From: a virus
Lineage: Duplodnaviria; Caudoviricetes
IMG/VR virus record: IMGVR_UViG_3300020187_001966
Reading direction: 5' to 3' (one strand)
Length of the DNA: 64,000 bases
In this document: piece by piece, positions 17,189 to 27,207 of the stretch
Numbering within the stretch: the stretch's first letter is position 1
Layout: each line of letters begins with the position of its first letter
Position numbers and translations under genes: made by a program
The notes under the pieces: generated by a model
What the model was told of the DNA's origin: nothing
Databases searched by the model: none
Seen by the model: the letters and a program-made list of their open reading frames with translations, nothing else

Positions 17189-17986
17189 ATGAAAAATACA
17201 ATCTTATCAATTGTAGCTGTATTTAGTACAGCAGGCTACGCAATGGCTGAAGAAGTTGCAGTAGCTAATCCAGTTACTTTAACTGGTGAAATCAAAACTA
17301 CAATCGCAGAAACAGCGGCTGACAAATACGGCGCAACAACAACATTTGGTTTAGATGTTGGTGTAACTGGCATCGCATTTGGTGGTCTAGATTTTGCTAC
17401 TGGAGCAGATGACAAACTAGCATTAGACGAATGGCATATTGGTGCTAACTTAGGTTTAGCAACTGTATCATACGGCGACCAAGGCAACAACTGGATTGGT
17501 GCTGAAGGCGAACAAACTATCGCAGATCCAGCAATGGGCGATAGTTTAAAAGTATCAGTTGGTGATGCAACAGTAGCACTAGGTATGACAGATGCAACAG
17601 CAGATGTAACAGACTTGTCAAACGTACAAGCAACATACACAATGGGCGTAGCAGATGACCTATCACTAACAGGCGCAGTTGACTATAACCTAGACAGTGA
17701 AACAACTATCCTTGGTGCAAGCCTAGGCGGTATTGACTTGGGTGTTGCAACGGCAAGTGGCGCATTTACATACGGACTAGACTCAGAAGCATGGGGATAC
17801 GAAGGTGTAGTAGCAACTGGCGGACTAACAGCATACATTAACGGTGACAACGTAGACGCACTACAAAACATCGGTGGTGGATATGATATGACTATCGCAA
17901 GCGGACTTGAGCTTGGTGCTGGAGTATCATATAACATGAACAGTGAAGAGTTCAAACCAAGTGTATCAGCATCATTTAGTTTCTAA
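17189..17986 (+). CDS. porin-like outer membrane beta-barrel protein
   Basis: Signal peptide, Gly/Ala/Thr/Asp-rich amphipathic strands, C-terminal SVSASFSF Bam signal. Confidence 0.75.
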   Translation: MKNTILSIVAVFSTAGYAMAEEVAVANPVTLTGEIKTTIAETAADKYGATTTFGLDVGVTGIAFGGLDFATGADDKLALDEWHIGANLGLATVSYGDQGNNWIGAEGEQTIADPAMGDSLKVSVGDATVALGMTDATADVTDLSNVQATYTMGVADDLSLTGAVDYNLDSETTILGASLGGIDLGVATASGAFTYGLDSEAWGYEGVVATGGLTAYINGDNVDALQNIGGGYDMTIASGLELGAGVSYNMNSEEFKPSVSASFSF

Positions 17987-18000
17987 AAACTAAAAAAAAA

Positions 18001-18073
18001 TTACAACCTATTGAAAGCGAAGGATTTTTTCCTTCGCTTTTTGCTTGACTCCAAGACGTTTTGGTGCTATATT
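18001..18073 (+). repeat. early-promoter module copy 2
   Basis: TTGACT 18045-18050, CCAAGACGTTTTGGTGC, TATATT; hairpin GCGAAGGA/TCCTTCGC. Confidence 0.85.
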
Positions 18074-18106
18074 AAGTGTATAAGTTAAACAAAACGGAGA
18101 AGCATA

Positions 18107-18268
18107 ATGCAACTCAAAGGCGCAATGACTGTTTTAAATCGCAGAGTTCAGTTTTATGGTAAAACATTTGATTGGTTAATTGAAGCAATGGATCAAGGCA
18201 TGGATGAAAACATGACAGTTACACAAGCATATAAAGTTTATAAACGTAATCAACGTAGATATACTTGA
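18107..18268 (+). CDS. small hypothetical early protein (53 aa)
   Basis: Manual translation MQLKGAMTVL...; GGAG RBS after promoter module. Confidence 0.55.
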   Translation: MQLKGAMTVLNRRVQFYGKTFDWLIEAMDQGMDENMTVTQAYKVYKRNQRRYT

Positions 18269-18324
18269 CAATTAACGTGATAAGTACTATATTATAAGTG
18301 TAACCAATTAAAAGGACTAATGTT

Positions 18325-18516
18325 ATGGACATGGAAACAACACAAGGACTATTTGCAGTGGGTATCGGAATTGTACTCTTCGGAATGGGTTACTGGAAGG
18401 GCAATCAAACTGGTTTGCAAAACGCTGTAGAAGCATTATTTAAAATGGGTGTTCTTGCTGTTGATGAAAATGACCAAGTAGTAGCAGGTCCTAAAATTAA
18501 TAAGTTCAAAATGTAA
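18325..18516 (+). CDS. small membrane protein
   Basis: N-terminal TM, AAAGGA RBS. Confidence 0.6.
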   Translation: MDMETTQGLFAVGIGIVLFGMGYWKGNQTGLQNAVEALFKMGVLAVDENDQVVAGPKINKFKM

Positions 18517-18647
18517 TACCTAATGACAAGAATTGATAGATAAGAAGTAAAACACAAAATTTATTATTAAAATGCTCTAGTGGAAACACTAGAGCATTTT
18601 TCTTGCGACCAATAAATATTGGTGAGTGAGAAAAGGACACACAATTA

Positions 18648-18992
18648 ATGGAAAATATAATATTTGGATTAGCAATGACTGCTCATTTAGGTCTTGCTGG
18701 TGAGTATAATGAAATACACCCACATGTACGTTATGAAAATGATAATGTAATTGCTGGAGCATTTGTAAATAGTATAGACAATATATCATTATATGCAGGT
18801 AGACGATTTGAACACGATAACTTTGGATTTGAATTGACAGCCACAACTGGATATCTTAGTTTAATAGTTCCCCAAGTACGTGGCACATACGATGTACATA
18901 ATAATGTAAGATTGTTTGTCGGAAATGCTGTTGAAAAAATACAAGGCAAAATTAAACCAGGAGCAGTTGTTGGTATCGAGCTATTATACTAA
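18648..18992 (+). CDS. small putative beta-rich envelope protein, paralog of 23194-23538
   Basis: AHLGLAGEYN..HPHVR shared with 23194; alternating aromatic strands. Confidence 0.65.
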   Translation: MENIIFGLAMTAHLGLAGEYNEIHPHVRYENDNVIAGAFVNSIDNISLYAGRRFEHDNFGFELTATTGYLSLIVPQVRGTYDVHNNVRLFVGNAVEKIQGKIKPGAVVGIELLY

Positions 18993-19014
18993 ATATAGTT
19001 GGAGACAACATTAC

Positions 19015-19500
19015 ATGAAAATACAACACGTAATTGGCATGTTATCCCTTACTTGGTTAAGTATGTTAGTACCAAGTACGGCGGCTGCCGACTTAACACA
19101 CAGTTTTAAAAACCCTAGTTTTAGTGGCATTGGGTATAGTGCCCACGTACTTAGTATTGAGCAATTGGGATTCAATAGACAAAAAGATATTGATGATGAA
19201 GCTCAACGTGAAGCTGATCGTATTGAGCGTGAACTTGAAAACACTACTCTCAATAAATTTATTAAAAACTTAGAATCAAGAATCTATGCTACACTGAGTA
19301 AACAAATGGTGGACAATATGTTTGCTGCTTGTGGTGAAGAAGGACAACCGGATTGTGCTAATAGTGGAACGACTGAAGTTGAAGGTGCTACTATTTCTTG
19401 GACCAAGGATGAGGCATCTGGCAGTATTACACTAATTATTGACGGCGCCGATGGTTATACAGAAATAACTATTCCAGGATCTGGGGAGTTTAACTTTTGA
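19015..19500 (+). CDS. csgF: curli assembly protein CsgF-like
   Basis: Signal peptide then DLTHSFKNPSFSGIG; directly upstream of csgG; ATG 19015 behind GGAG. Confidence 0.75.
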   Translation: MKIQHVIGMLSLTWLSMLVPSTAAADLTHSFKNPSFSGIGYSAHVLSIEQLGFNRQKDIDDEAQREADRIERELENTTLNKFIKNLESRIYATLSKQMVDNMFAACGEEGQPDCANSGTTEVEGATISWTKDEASGSITLIIDGADGYTEITIPGSGEFNF

Positions 19501-20315
19501 AGCTAATAACAACAATAATACTTACTGTATTTCTGGCTGGGTGTAGTAATTACAATCCAAAATTACCTAAACCATTACAACGTCCAGCAAACTTACAGGA
19601 AAACCCACTAGTAACAGAACTGAATCAGTTAAAGCCATTAAATGGTCCTGTTATGACTGTTGGAGTATATAGCTTTACAGATAAAACTGGACAACGTAAG
19701 CCAGCAGACAATATTGCTAACTTATCTAGCGCAGTAACACAGGGTGCTGAAGTTTGGGTAATAGATGCGTTGCTACAAGCAGGCGAAGGCACTTGGTTTG
19801 AGGTTGTGGAACGTGTAGGCATGGATAACGTTATTAAAGAACGTCAGTTAATACGTAACACAAGGCAAAATTATGAAGCAGAAGACGCTACCCCACTTCC
19901 GCCAATGAAGTTTGCTGGTATATTAGTTGAGGGTGGCATTGTAGGCTACGATTCAAATATTACCACAGGCGGAGCAGGTGCTAGATACTTTGGTCTTGGA
20001 TCAGCCGCAGAGTATCGTATTGATACAGTAACAGTTAGTATGCGATTAGTTAGCGTAAGCAGCGGCCGTGTATTGGTGAGTGTAGCCGCAGAAAAATCTA
20101 TTGCTAGTTATCGCACAGCTGGAGATGTATTTAAGTTTTTAGACCTTGGCACTAAAGCATTGGAAGTTGAAAGTGGTTACAGCGTAAACGAGCCAGTAAA
20201 CTATGCTGTAAGGGAAGCTATTGAAGCAGTAGTGATAGAAATTATATGTCAAGGTGTTGAATTGGGCTTATGGCAATGGGAAGAAAGCGAATCTCATCTA
20301 GAAGGTGAGCATTAA
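19497..20315 (+). CDS. csgG: curli secretion channel CsgG
   Basis: Lipobox LAGC; VYSFTDKTGQRKP, SSAVTQGA, FEVVERVG...KERQLIR, GGIVGYDSN..TGGAGARYFG. Confidence 0.92.
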   Translation: MKLITTIILTVFLAGCSNYNPKLPKPLQRPANLQENPLVTELNQLKPLNGPVMTVGVYSFTDKTGQRKPADNIANLSSAVTQGAEVWVIDALLQAGEGTWFEVVERVGMDNVIKERQLIRNTRQNYEAEDATPLPPMKFAGILVEGGIVGYDSNITTGGAGARYFGLGSAAEYRIDTVTVSMRLVSVSSGRVLVSVAAEKSIASYRTAGDVFKFLDLGTKALEVESGYSVNEPVNYAVREAIEAVVIEIICQGVELGLWQWEESESHLEGEH

Positions 20316-20530
20316 CTTAAAATGAAATGGATTTTAATATCATTAGCAGTTATAATAGGTGGTATAGTATATCATACATTACAATCACGTAGTCAAATAT
20401 TTTGGCAACAAGTTGGCCCCAATACAGATAAGGCGTTAAATCCAGATACCCATAATAACTAATATACTTTAGTATATCTGCCCAATTTCACCCACATTTC
20501 ACTAAATATAAGTGTGAGAGTGAGATCTAT

Positions 20531-21298
20531 ATGCAGAAAAAATTATTAAGTAGTGCCATAATGGCAATAGTGTTTACAACATTAGCATCGTTATCAGTAA
20601 TGGCTAATGAAATATATATAACACAAATTGGGGATAGTCTAGATTTAGATATCACTCAAGACGGACAAAACAACGAATTTGGAGACAGCACTACAGACGC
20701 TGGGCTCTATGGCGATAATATGGTGTTTAGTATAACACAAACTGGTGATACAAACACTATTGACGCAATTATTGCTGGTGACAGTTATACAGGTACCTGG
20801 GTGTTTACTGGAAATAGTAACAATGTTGACCTATTATGTGACAGCACAGCAACAATTGGTGGTGGCAATTGTGATAATGTAACATTAAATATTACTACAA
20901 CAGGTGATGACAACAACTATGACTTTAAGATTGGTGAAACTACTGATGGCGGTGATGCCACTGTTAACTTTACAATTGATGGTGATGACAACCTGATACA
21001 AATGGACTTGGATGGAACTGATGCTAATGTTACTGTAGAAATTGACAACAGCGCATCAACAGCAAGTGGATCAACAATTACAAGCGCAACTGATACTAAC
21101 CTAAGTACTAATTCTCCAGGTAACATTATTGATTTAAATATTGATGGTAATGGTGATACTTTAGGACACACTGTAACATTAGATATAACAGGTGGTGGTA
21201 GTGTATATACTATTACACAAAGTGGTATCTACGATAACCTAGTAGATATAACTTCAACTGGGGACGGTAACACAGTTGATATTACACAATCCGATTAA
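20531..21298 (+). CDS. curlin-like secreted repeat protein
   Basis: Signal peptide, NEIYITQIGD, repeated Q/T-x-G-D-x-N beta-arc units, Asp/Thr/Asn-rich. Confidence 0.7.
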   Translation: MQKKLLSSAIMAIVFTTLASLSVMANEIYITQIGDSLDLDITQDGQNNEFGDSTTDAGLYGDNMVFSITQTGDTNTIDAIIAGDSYTGTWVFTGNSNNVDLLCDSTATIGGGNCDNVTLNITTTGDDNNYDFKIGETTDGGDATVNFTIDGDDNLIQMDLDGTDANVTVEIDNSASTASGSTITSATDTNLSTNSPGNIIDLNIDGNGDTLGHTVTLDITGGGSVYTITQSGIYDNLVDITSTGDGNTVDITQSD

Positions 21299-22406
21299 AC
21301 TTATATGTATAATATTTGTTGCTCTAGCATACGTAAGTATAGCTAGGGCAACTCCTATTGGAGCGGTTGCTGAATCTTCTGGCACAAGTACAATTAAACG
21401 TGATAAAGAAGCATACACTGGCGAAGTAGGTCTTGGCTTACAAATGAACGATAATATTGCTACTGGTAAAGGTAAATTGCGTTTAGACTTTGTAGACGAT
21501 ACTAGAGTAGATGTTACTGAAAATAGTCGTATGACTATTGATGAGTTTATATACGATCCAGCTAGTGGAACAGGTGCTCTTAGTATGAAAGCAACACTAG
21601 GCGCAGTACGTTATGCTAGTGGACAAATAGCAAAGAATTCAAGACAACGAGTAAACATAAGAACGCCAAGTGCTAAAGTTACAGTGCGTGGTACAGACTT
21701 TATGATGATTGTAGATGAGATAGGCGGCAGTATGATAACACTATTGCCCAGTTGTGATGAAAGTGGATTATGTGTAACTGGTGAGATTAGTGTTGAGAGC
21801 GATGTGGGAATGGTTATTATGAATCAAGCATTCCAAACTACTATAGTTTCACACAGTGGTGCTGTTCCAAAGCCAGGAGTTGTACTAGACTTACCAGAAA
21901 ATATGCTTACAGCAATGTTAATTGTACGTAAAGTATCACCTTACACAGAAGAGATAATAAAACAAAAACCACCTACTGATATATTAGACATTGACTTTTT
22001 AGAGTTTGACGAACTAGACAGTGATCCATTAGTTGATGGTATTAAAAATATTTGGGTAACTGATTTAGATAACACAACTTACCTAAATTCAGAGTTTATA
22101 GATCAATTGGAAAAACAACTTGCTGAAATACTATCAAAATGGTTTGATAGTCTAGGAACACAAAATGTAGAGTTTTTTCAGGATAAGTTTTTTGGATTAG
22201 ATCCAGATACAAATATATTTTATGATGAGGAATATCCTTATTTTGTAGTAAGTCGCAAAGAAGGAGATCAACATTTCTTTCAATTAAATTTAAGCCAAAG
22301 TCACAGCTACAATGTAGACTTTGTTCAAGGAGGGTTTTATGAATACGGTTTTAAAGTGGGTGTTGGTTCCTCTAACAGTATTGTTATCAATCAAAACAAC
22401 TACTAG
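21276..22406 (+). CDS. FecR domain-containing protein
   Basis: LQMNDNIATGKG...F.DDT...VTENS, IRTPSAKVTVRGTDF; start uncertain. Confidence 0.8.
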   Translation: MILHNPIKLICIIFVALAYVSIARATPIGAVAESSGTSTIKRDKEAYTGEVGLGLQMNDNIATGKGKLRLDFVDDTRVDVTENSRMTIDEFIYDPASGTGALSMKATLGAVRYASGQIAKNSRQRVNIRTPSAKVTVRGTDFMMIVDEIGGSMITLLPSCDESGLCVTGEISVESDVGMVIMNQAFQTTIVSHSGAVPKPGVVLDLPENMLTAMLIVRKVSPYTEEIIKQKPPTDILDIDFLEFDELDSDPLVDGIKNIWVTDLDNTTYLNSEFIDQLEKQLAEILSKWFDSLGTQNVEFFQDKFFGLDPDTNIFYDEEYPYFVVSRKEGDQHFFQLNLSQSHSYNVDFVQGGFYEYGFKVGVGSSNSIVINQNNY

Positions 22407-23193
22407 TTGGGCAAATGAAATATGGATTAGACAAGTTGGTGATAATATAGATATGACTATCACTCAAGATGGCGCTAACAATAAGATAACTGGTTCGGGC
22501 GGTAAAGCTCAAGTAAGTGGTAACAACACAAGCACTACATATGCGCAAACAGGTGACAATAATCAAGTGTGGGCGTGGATGAGTTCTGGTAATGGAATAA
22601 ACAATGTGTCGCAAATAGGCGATAACAACTCAGCAAGTTTAGATTGCCATGGTAATAATTGTGTTATTGATATTGAACAAAATGGCAACTATAACTATGC
22701 ATATGCCGAACTAGGCAATGGTGGTGATTATAATCAAACTATTATTGTTGATCAAGATGGTAATTACAACTTTGCAAAAGTAGAAGCAAACGGTGATGAT
22801 AATACTATTACTGTAGACCAAGATGGTAACAATCATATAGTACATGGGTATGGCAACACACCAATAACTGGTGATAGAAATAACATTACACTTGTACAAG
22901 ATGGATCACAATACAATCAAGCTCAGGCGAAGGTTGTTGGAAATGATAATACAATAGATGGATATCAAGGTGGACAATATAACTTTGGTAGACTGGTACT
23001 AACGGGTAACGACCATGATGTGACGAGTTCACAGGAAGGTACTGGATCTCATAGTATGACTTTAGACCTCACCAATGGTGGTGGGGCGTATACTGTAAAT
23101 ACAACACAAGACAGCACAACTAATCAATCATACAGTTTAACAGGGATCTGTACAAACACAATAGGATGCGCTATTAGCGTAACACAAAATTAA
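22339..23193 (+). CDS. curlin-repeat protein (CsgA/CsgB-like)
   Basis: About 22-aa repeats Q.GDNN.A...Q.G..N; signal peptide; AAGGAGG RBS before ATG 22339. Confidence 0.8.
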   Translation: MNTVLKWVLVPLTVLLSIKTTTSWANEIWIRQVGDNIDMTITQDGANNKITGSGGKAQVSGNNTSTTYAQTGDNNQVWAWMSSGNGINNVSQIGDNNSASLDCHGNNCVIDIEQNGNYNYAYAELGNGGDYNQTIIVDQDGNYNFAKVEANGDDNTITVDQDGNNHIVHGYGNTPITGDRNNITLVQDGSQYNQAQAKVVGNDNTIDGYQGGQYNFGRLVLTGNDHDVTSSQEGTGSHSMTLDLTNGGGAYTVNTTQDSTTNQSYSLTGICTNTIGCAISVTQN

Positions 23194-23538
23194 ATGGAAA
23201 TATTATATGGAATAGCATTATCAGCACACTTGGGGTTAGCTGGTGATTACAACTTATCACACCCACACGTTAGACTACAAGACAATCAATTTATTACAGG
23301 TATATATGTTAACAGTATGAATGATATCAGTGTATATGGTGGTGTGAAGTTTGATTATGACAATTTTTGGGTAGAGGGCGCACTAGTTACTGGATACAAT
23401 AACAGTAATATTAGTCCATACATTAGAGTAGGCAAAGAAATTTATCAAGACAATAGTGTATTCGTCGCACCAGCTTTGGAATCATTTGGAGAAAACAATA
23501 TCGGTATAGTTATTGGAATTGAATTTTTAAGTAAATAA
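23194..23538 (+). CDS. small putative beta-rich envelope protein, paralog of 18648-18992
   Basis: AHLGLAGDYN..HPHVR, NSM..ISVYGG, ends GIEFL. Confidence 0.65.
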   Translation: MEILYGIALSAHLGLAGDYNLSHPHVRLQDNQFITGIYVNSMNDISVYGGVKFDYDNFWVEGALVTGYNNSNISPYIRVGKEIYQDNSVFVAPALESFGENNIGIVIGIEFLSK

Positions 23539-23701
23539 ACTTACTACAGATCCAGTGAGAGGGGCAAAATGTCGCATAACCAAAATCCCATGGACCCAAC
23601 AGACTGGCTATGGCTGTGTATAATGCTCGCAGCCATATGTACGTTTTGTATATGGGTGTTTATATAATAAATACTGGGAGAAAATATAAGGATGATAAAT
23701 T

Positions 23702-23956
23702 ATGGCACTGCCAAACTACGAACTAACAATACCATCTACAGAACAAAAGATATCTTACAGGCCCTTTCTTGCAGAAGAGCAAAAGGTATTATTAGAAACA
23801 TTAACTATTTCAATAGAGTCTCAAAACCCATTACAGATGTTTAACGCAATTGTTAATACTATTGATGCTTGTGTTACTTCTGATATTGAAGTGTCTCAAC
23901 TTTCAAAGTCTGATTTAAAATATATATTCACTCAAATTAAATCAAAGTCAGCATGA
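23702..23956 (+). CDS. T4 gp26-like baseplate hub assembly protein, N-terminal fragment only
   Basis: MALP.YELTIPST..KI.YRPFL.EEQK.LL...DLKYIF..IKSKS then stop; 84 aa. Confidence 0.7.
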   Translation: MALPNYELTIPSTEQKISYRPFLAEEQKVLLETLTISIESQNPLQMFNAIVNTIDACVTSDIEVSQLSKSDLKYIFTQIKSKSA

Positions 23957-24150
23957 CAACACGATTGAACGATACACCCAACAGCAGAAAATTGACCGCA
24001 GACGAAGAATTGCTAAAGTTAGAAAAAGTTTACATTCATCGTCACCGGCCAGGCAAGAAGATAAATCGTCCAAAGTATTGTCCAGTAGTGGAATTTATAC
24101 CAGGGGTTAAGAACCCAGACTATTATCAAAAGCCAATAAAGCCGTCATAG
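23953..24150 (+). CDS. hypothetical protein
   Basis: Coupled 65-aa ORF. Confidence 0.5.
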   Translation: MTTRLNDTPNSRKLTADEELLKLEKVYIHRHRPGKKINRPKYCPVVEFIPGVKNPDYYQKPIKPS

Positions 24151-24210
24151 AAAAGAATACAAGAAATGCTGAAATGGAACACATTAAAGCAAAACTAATG
24201 AGGAAAAAAC

Positions 24211-24615
24211 ATGAATACTAAATTTAGTATAGGTGTTGTAATTACAATAGTACTACAAGTTAGTGCGTTTGTATGGTGGACAGCACAACAAGCACAGACA
24301 ATTAGTCAACTCGAATCAGAGATGGCAGAACTTACAGCAAGAACAGAAGTTGAAAAAGAAGTTACATTAATTAACGATGTAAAGCAGTTACGTAAGGATT
24401 TAGATGACCTTAAAGCAAAAACACTTGACGGTATTTTAGAGATTGATAACATGCGTATTAGTGAAGACAATAGACTAGGTGAATATATTGACCGTAGATT
24501 GGCAGACCTAATTGGTGAATTACAAACTACATTCACAACACATGAGGTTTGGATAGACGAGCTTGAATTAGTAGATGACGAAATAAAAACACAGTTATCA
24601 GACCACCAGCATTAA
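24211..24615 (+). CDS. membrane-anchored coiled-coil protein
   Basis: N-terminal TM then heptads; GAGGA RBS. Confidence 0.65.
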   Translation: MNTKFSIGVVITIVLQVSAFVWWTAQQAQTISQLESEMAELTARTEVEKEVTLINDVKQLRKDLDDLKAKTLDGILEIDNMRISEDNRLGEYIDRRLADLIGELQTTFTTHEVWIDELELVDDEIKTQLSDHQH

Positions 24616-24624
24616 GGATTAATT

Positions 24625-26667
24625 ATGCGTAAGATATTATTCTCTCCAATATGGAGTGTGCTTGTACTACTACTTCTTACTTGGGTGTATAGTAGTAACC
24701 CAGTATTTCTAGATAGTTTAAGGTTGAGATACTTTGACCAACTAATAGTAAATCAAGAGCCAATTGAAAATAACATATACACTGTTAACATAGACGAAGC
24801 AAGTTTAGAAGAAAAAGGACAATGGCCCTGGCCACGTGGAGACTATAGTGAGTTAATTATAGACTTATATGACCGTGGTGCTGGCTTAGTTGTGTTTAAT
24901 GTACTAATGGCTGAAACTGATCGAGCAGGAGAGGATCAAGATTTAGCATTAACAATGCAACAGTTACCAGTTATCCTAAACATGCTGGGCGCAGATGAGA
25001 ATAAAAACGAAGCAATTAATCCTGGTGCTACTATTGTTAATAGTGACTTTATGTACCTTATACCCAGCCGTGAAGGTGTTATAGCAAACGTACCAGACAT
25101 AGAATTTTCATCAGTTGGCAGTGGCATCGTAGATACATTCCCAGAAGCTGATGGTGTAACAAGACGTATGCCAATGGTTATAGAAAGCCAAGGCACACTT
25201 TATCCAAGTGTTACAATGGAAGTATTACGAGTTATTGCTGGAGATCCTAGTTTTCAGATTAAGTTAAATGAATTTGGTGTTGACAAACTACGCATACCAC
25301 AGTTTGGTATTATACAAACAGATGGACTTGGGCGTGTTTGGATTGACTGGAGTCAAAAGAATAAAAGTTATAGCACAACAAACTTACCAGACGACTTTGA
25401 TGGCGGCATAGTATTTGTTGGCCCAACAGCGGCAGGTGTTTCACAGCCAGTAGCAACAGCGGCGGGCAGTATATACCCACACGAAATACATGCCACTATA
25501 CTTGGCACAGTGTTTAACAAAAGTAATATTGAACGACCTGCTTGGGCTTTTGATGCTGAAATGTTAGGCTTCTTATTAGTAGGACTTTTTGTTATTGTAC
25601 TAGCACGTTGGACTTATGCTGGCATTATAGTATTTGTAGTCGCAGTAGGTGGTTCAATATTTTATAGCATATATAGTTTTAATAACTATAACTATTTGAT
25701 TGATGGCGCTACATCTAGTGCCTTTTTAATACTAGTGGGCATGACTAGGTATATAGTTAAATTTGTAGATGAATTCCTACAAAAACAAGAAATTAAGAAA
25801 CAGTTTGGCGGATACGCATCACCTACAGTTGTTAAACTACTACAAGAAAATCCAGCACTCATTAAAGATGGTGTAAAGAAAGAAGTTAGTATCGTGTTTA
25901 GTGACTTGCGTGGCTTTACTCCACTAGGTGAGAGTTTTGGTGACGATGTAAAAGGCCTAACTAAAATAATGAATGGCTACATGGATAGTATTACACAGCC
26001 TGTATTAGACAGTGATGGAATGATTATTAAGTATATAGGCGATGCTAGTATGCACATACACAATGCGCCTATAGATGATCGTCACCATCCAAGAACCGCA
26101 GTACAATGTGGATTAGATATGTTAGCGGCAGTGGATAAATTTAATGAAGAAGTTATTATTCCACAAGGTAGACCAGCAGTAGGCATGGGCGCAGGTATCA
26201 ATACAGGACTTGGTTATATTGGTGAGATGGGATCAACAGCTAGACACAGTTATGATGTTTTGGGAGACGCAGTAAGTACTGCCGCACGTATTGAATCAAA
26301 ATGTAAAGAGTACGGATGTTTACTACTAGTAGGCGATGCTACATACCAAACAACTAAGTCAGACTTCTTTTACTTAAAGATAGATGACTTAGCAGTTAAA
26401 GGCAAGAGTGTTGGTGTTGGTATATGGACAGTATTAGATCAGAAGCGTCCAGCTTGGCGTAAAGCACAAAAGAAACACCAAGATATGTATGAAGACTATC
26501 TGGCGCAAAGATTTGATGACGCAATAGACAAGTGTAAGATGTTACATGATCACTTTGACGGACAAATGGCTGGCTACTATGATATGTGGATTGAGCGTTG
26601 TGAATTCCAAAAGACACAAGACTTACCTAAAGATTGGAATGGCGTGTTTTTTGCCCAAACCAAGTAA
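24625..26667 (+). CDS. CHASE2 domain class III adenylate/guanylate cyclase
   Basis: VNIDE.SL...GQWPWPR, DGVTRR, 3 TM, FSDLRGFT, KYIGDA, GINTG, YDVLGDAVSTAARIE. Confidence 0.93.
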   Translation: MRKILFSPIWSVLVLLLLTWVYSSNPVFLDSLRLRYFDQLIVNQEPIENNIYTVNIDEASLEEKGQWPWPRGDYSELIIDLYDRGAGLVVFNVLMAETDRAGEDQDLALTMQQLPVILNMLGADENKNEAINPGATIVNSDFMYLIPSREGVIANVPDIEFSSVGSGIVDTFPEADGVTRRMPMVIESQGTLYPSVTMEVLRVIAGDPSFQIKLNEFGVDKLRIPQFGIIQTDGLGRVWIDWSQKNKSYSTTNLPDDFDGGIVFVGPTAAGVSQPVATAAGSIYPHEIHATILGTVFNKSNIERPAWAFDAEMLGFLLVGLFVIVLARWTYAGIIVFVVAVGGSIFYSIYSFNNYNYLIDGATSSAFLILVGMTRYIVKFVDEFLQKQEIKKQFGGYASPTVVKLLQENPALIKDGVKKEVSIVFSDLRGFTPLGESFGDDVKGLTKIMNGYMDSITQPVLDSDGMIIKYIGDASMHIHNAPIDDRHHPRTAVQCGLDMLAAVDKFNEEVIIPQGRPAVGMGAGINTGLGYIGEMGSTARHSYDVLGDAVSTAARIESKCKEYGCLLLVGDATYQTTKSDFFYLKIDDLAVKGKSVGVGIWTVLDQKRPAWRKAQKKHQDMYEDYLAQRFDDAIDKCKMLHDHFDGQMAGYYDMWIERCEFQKTQDLPKDWNGVFFAQTK

Positions 26668-26721
26668 CTTTTTGTAGCAACTTCTAAATAAATAAAACTA
26701 TAGTTATTTGTGAGAGGATAC

Positions 26722-27207
26722 ATGATGCAGAATAATGAATATGACGTAGTCGTAATTAAAGTAGTGGATGGCGATACAGTAGACGTAGATATTGATCTAG
26801 GGTTTGGTGTTTGTTTAAAAGACGAGCGTGTGAGAATTATGGGCATTGATACGCCCGAGTCACGCACCAGTGATAGAGTAGAAGATTTGTTTGGCGAAGC
26901 AGCTAAAGCAAGACTTAAAGAACTTATGAAACACGGCGGCAAACTTATTACTACAGAAGATAAGCATGGCGAAGACATGAAGGGTAAGTTTGGGCGTATC
27001 CTTGGAGACTTTAAAGTAGACTACAATGGTGAGATGAAAAAAGTTACTGAGATCATGGAAGCAGAAGGACATTGCGTTCCTTACTTTGGTGGAAGTAAAG
27101 AAGAAACACAAGCCGCACACCAAGTAAACCGTGTACGTTTGCTAAACGAAGGTATTGTAACTCAAGAAGCATACGATGCCGCAGTTGAGAAGATGAAAAA
27201 TAAGTGA
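26722..27207 (+). CDS. thermonuclease (SNase-like) family protein
   Basis: KVVDGDTVDVDIDLGFG...RVRIMGIDTPESRT, GKFGRILG. Confidence 0.85.
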   Translation: MMQNNEYDVVVIKVVDGDTVDVDIDLGFGVCLKDERVRIMGIDTPESRTSDRVEDLFGEAAKARLKELMKHGGKLITTEDKHGEDMKGKFGRILGDFKVDYNGEMKKVTEIMEAEGHCVPYFGGSKEETQAAHQVNRVRLLNEGIVTQEAYDAAVEKMKNK

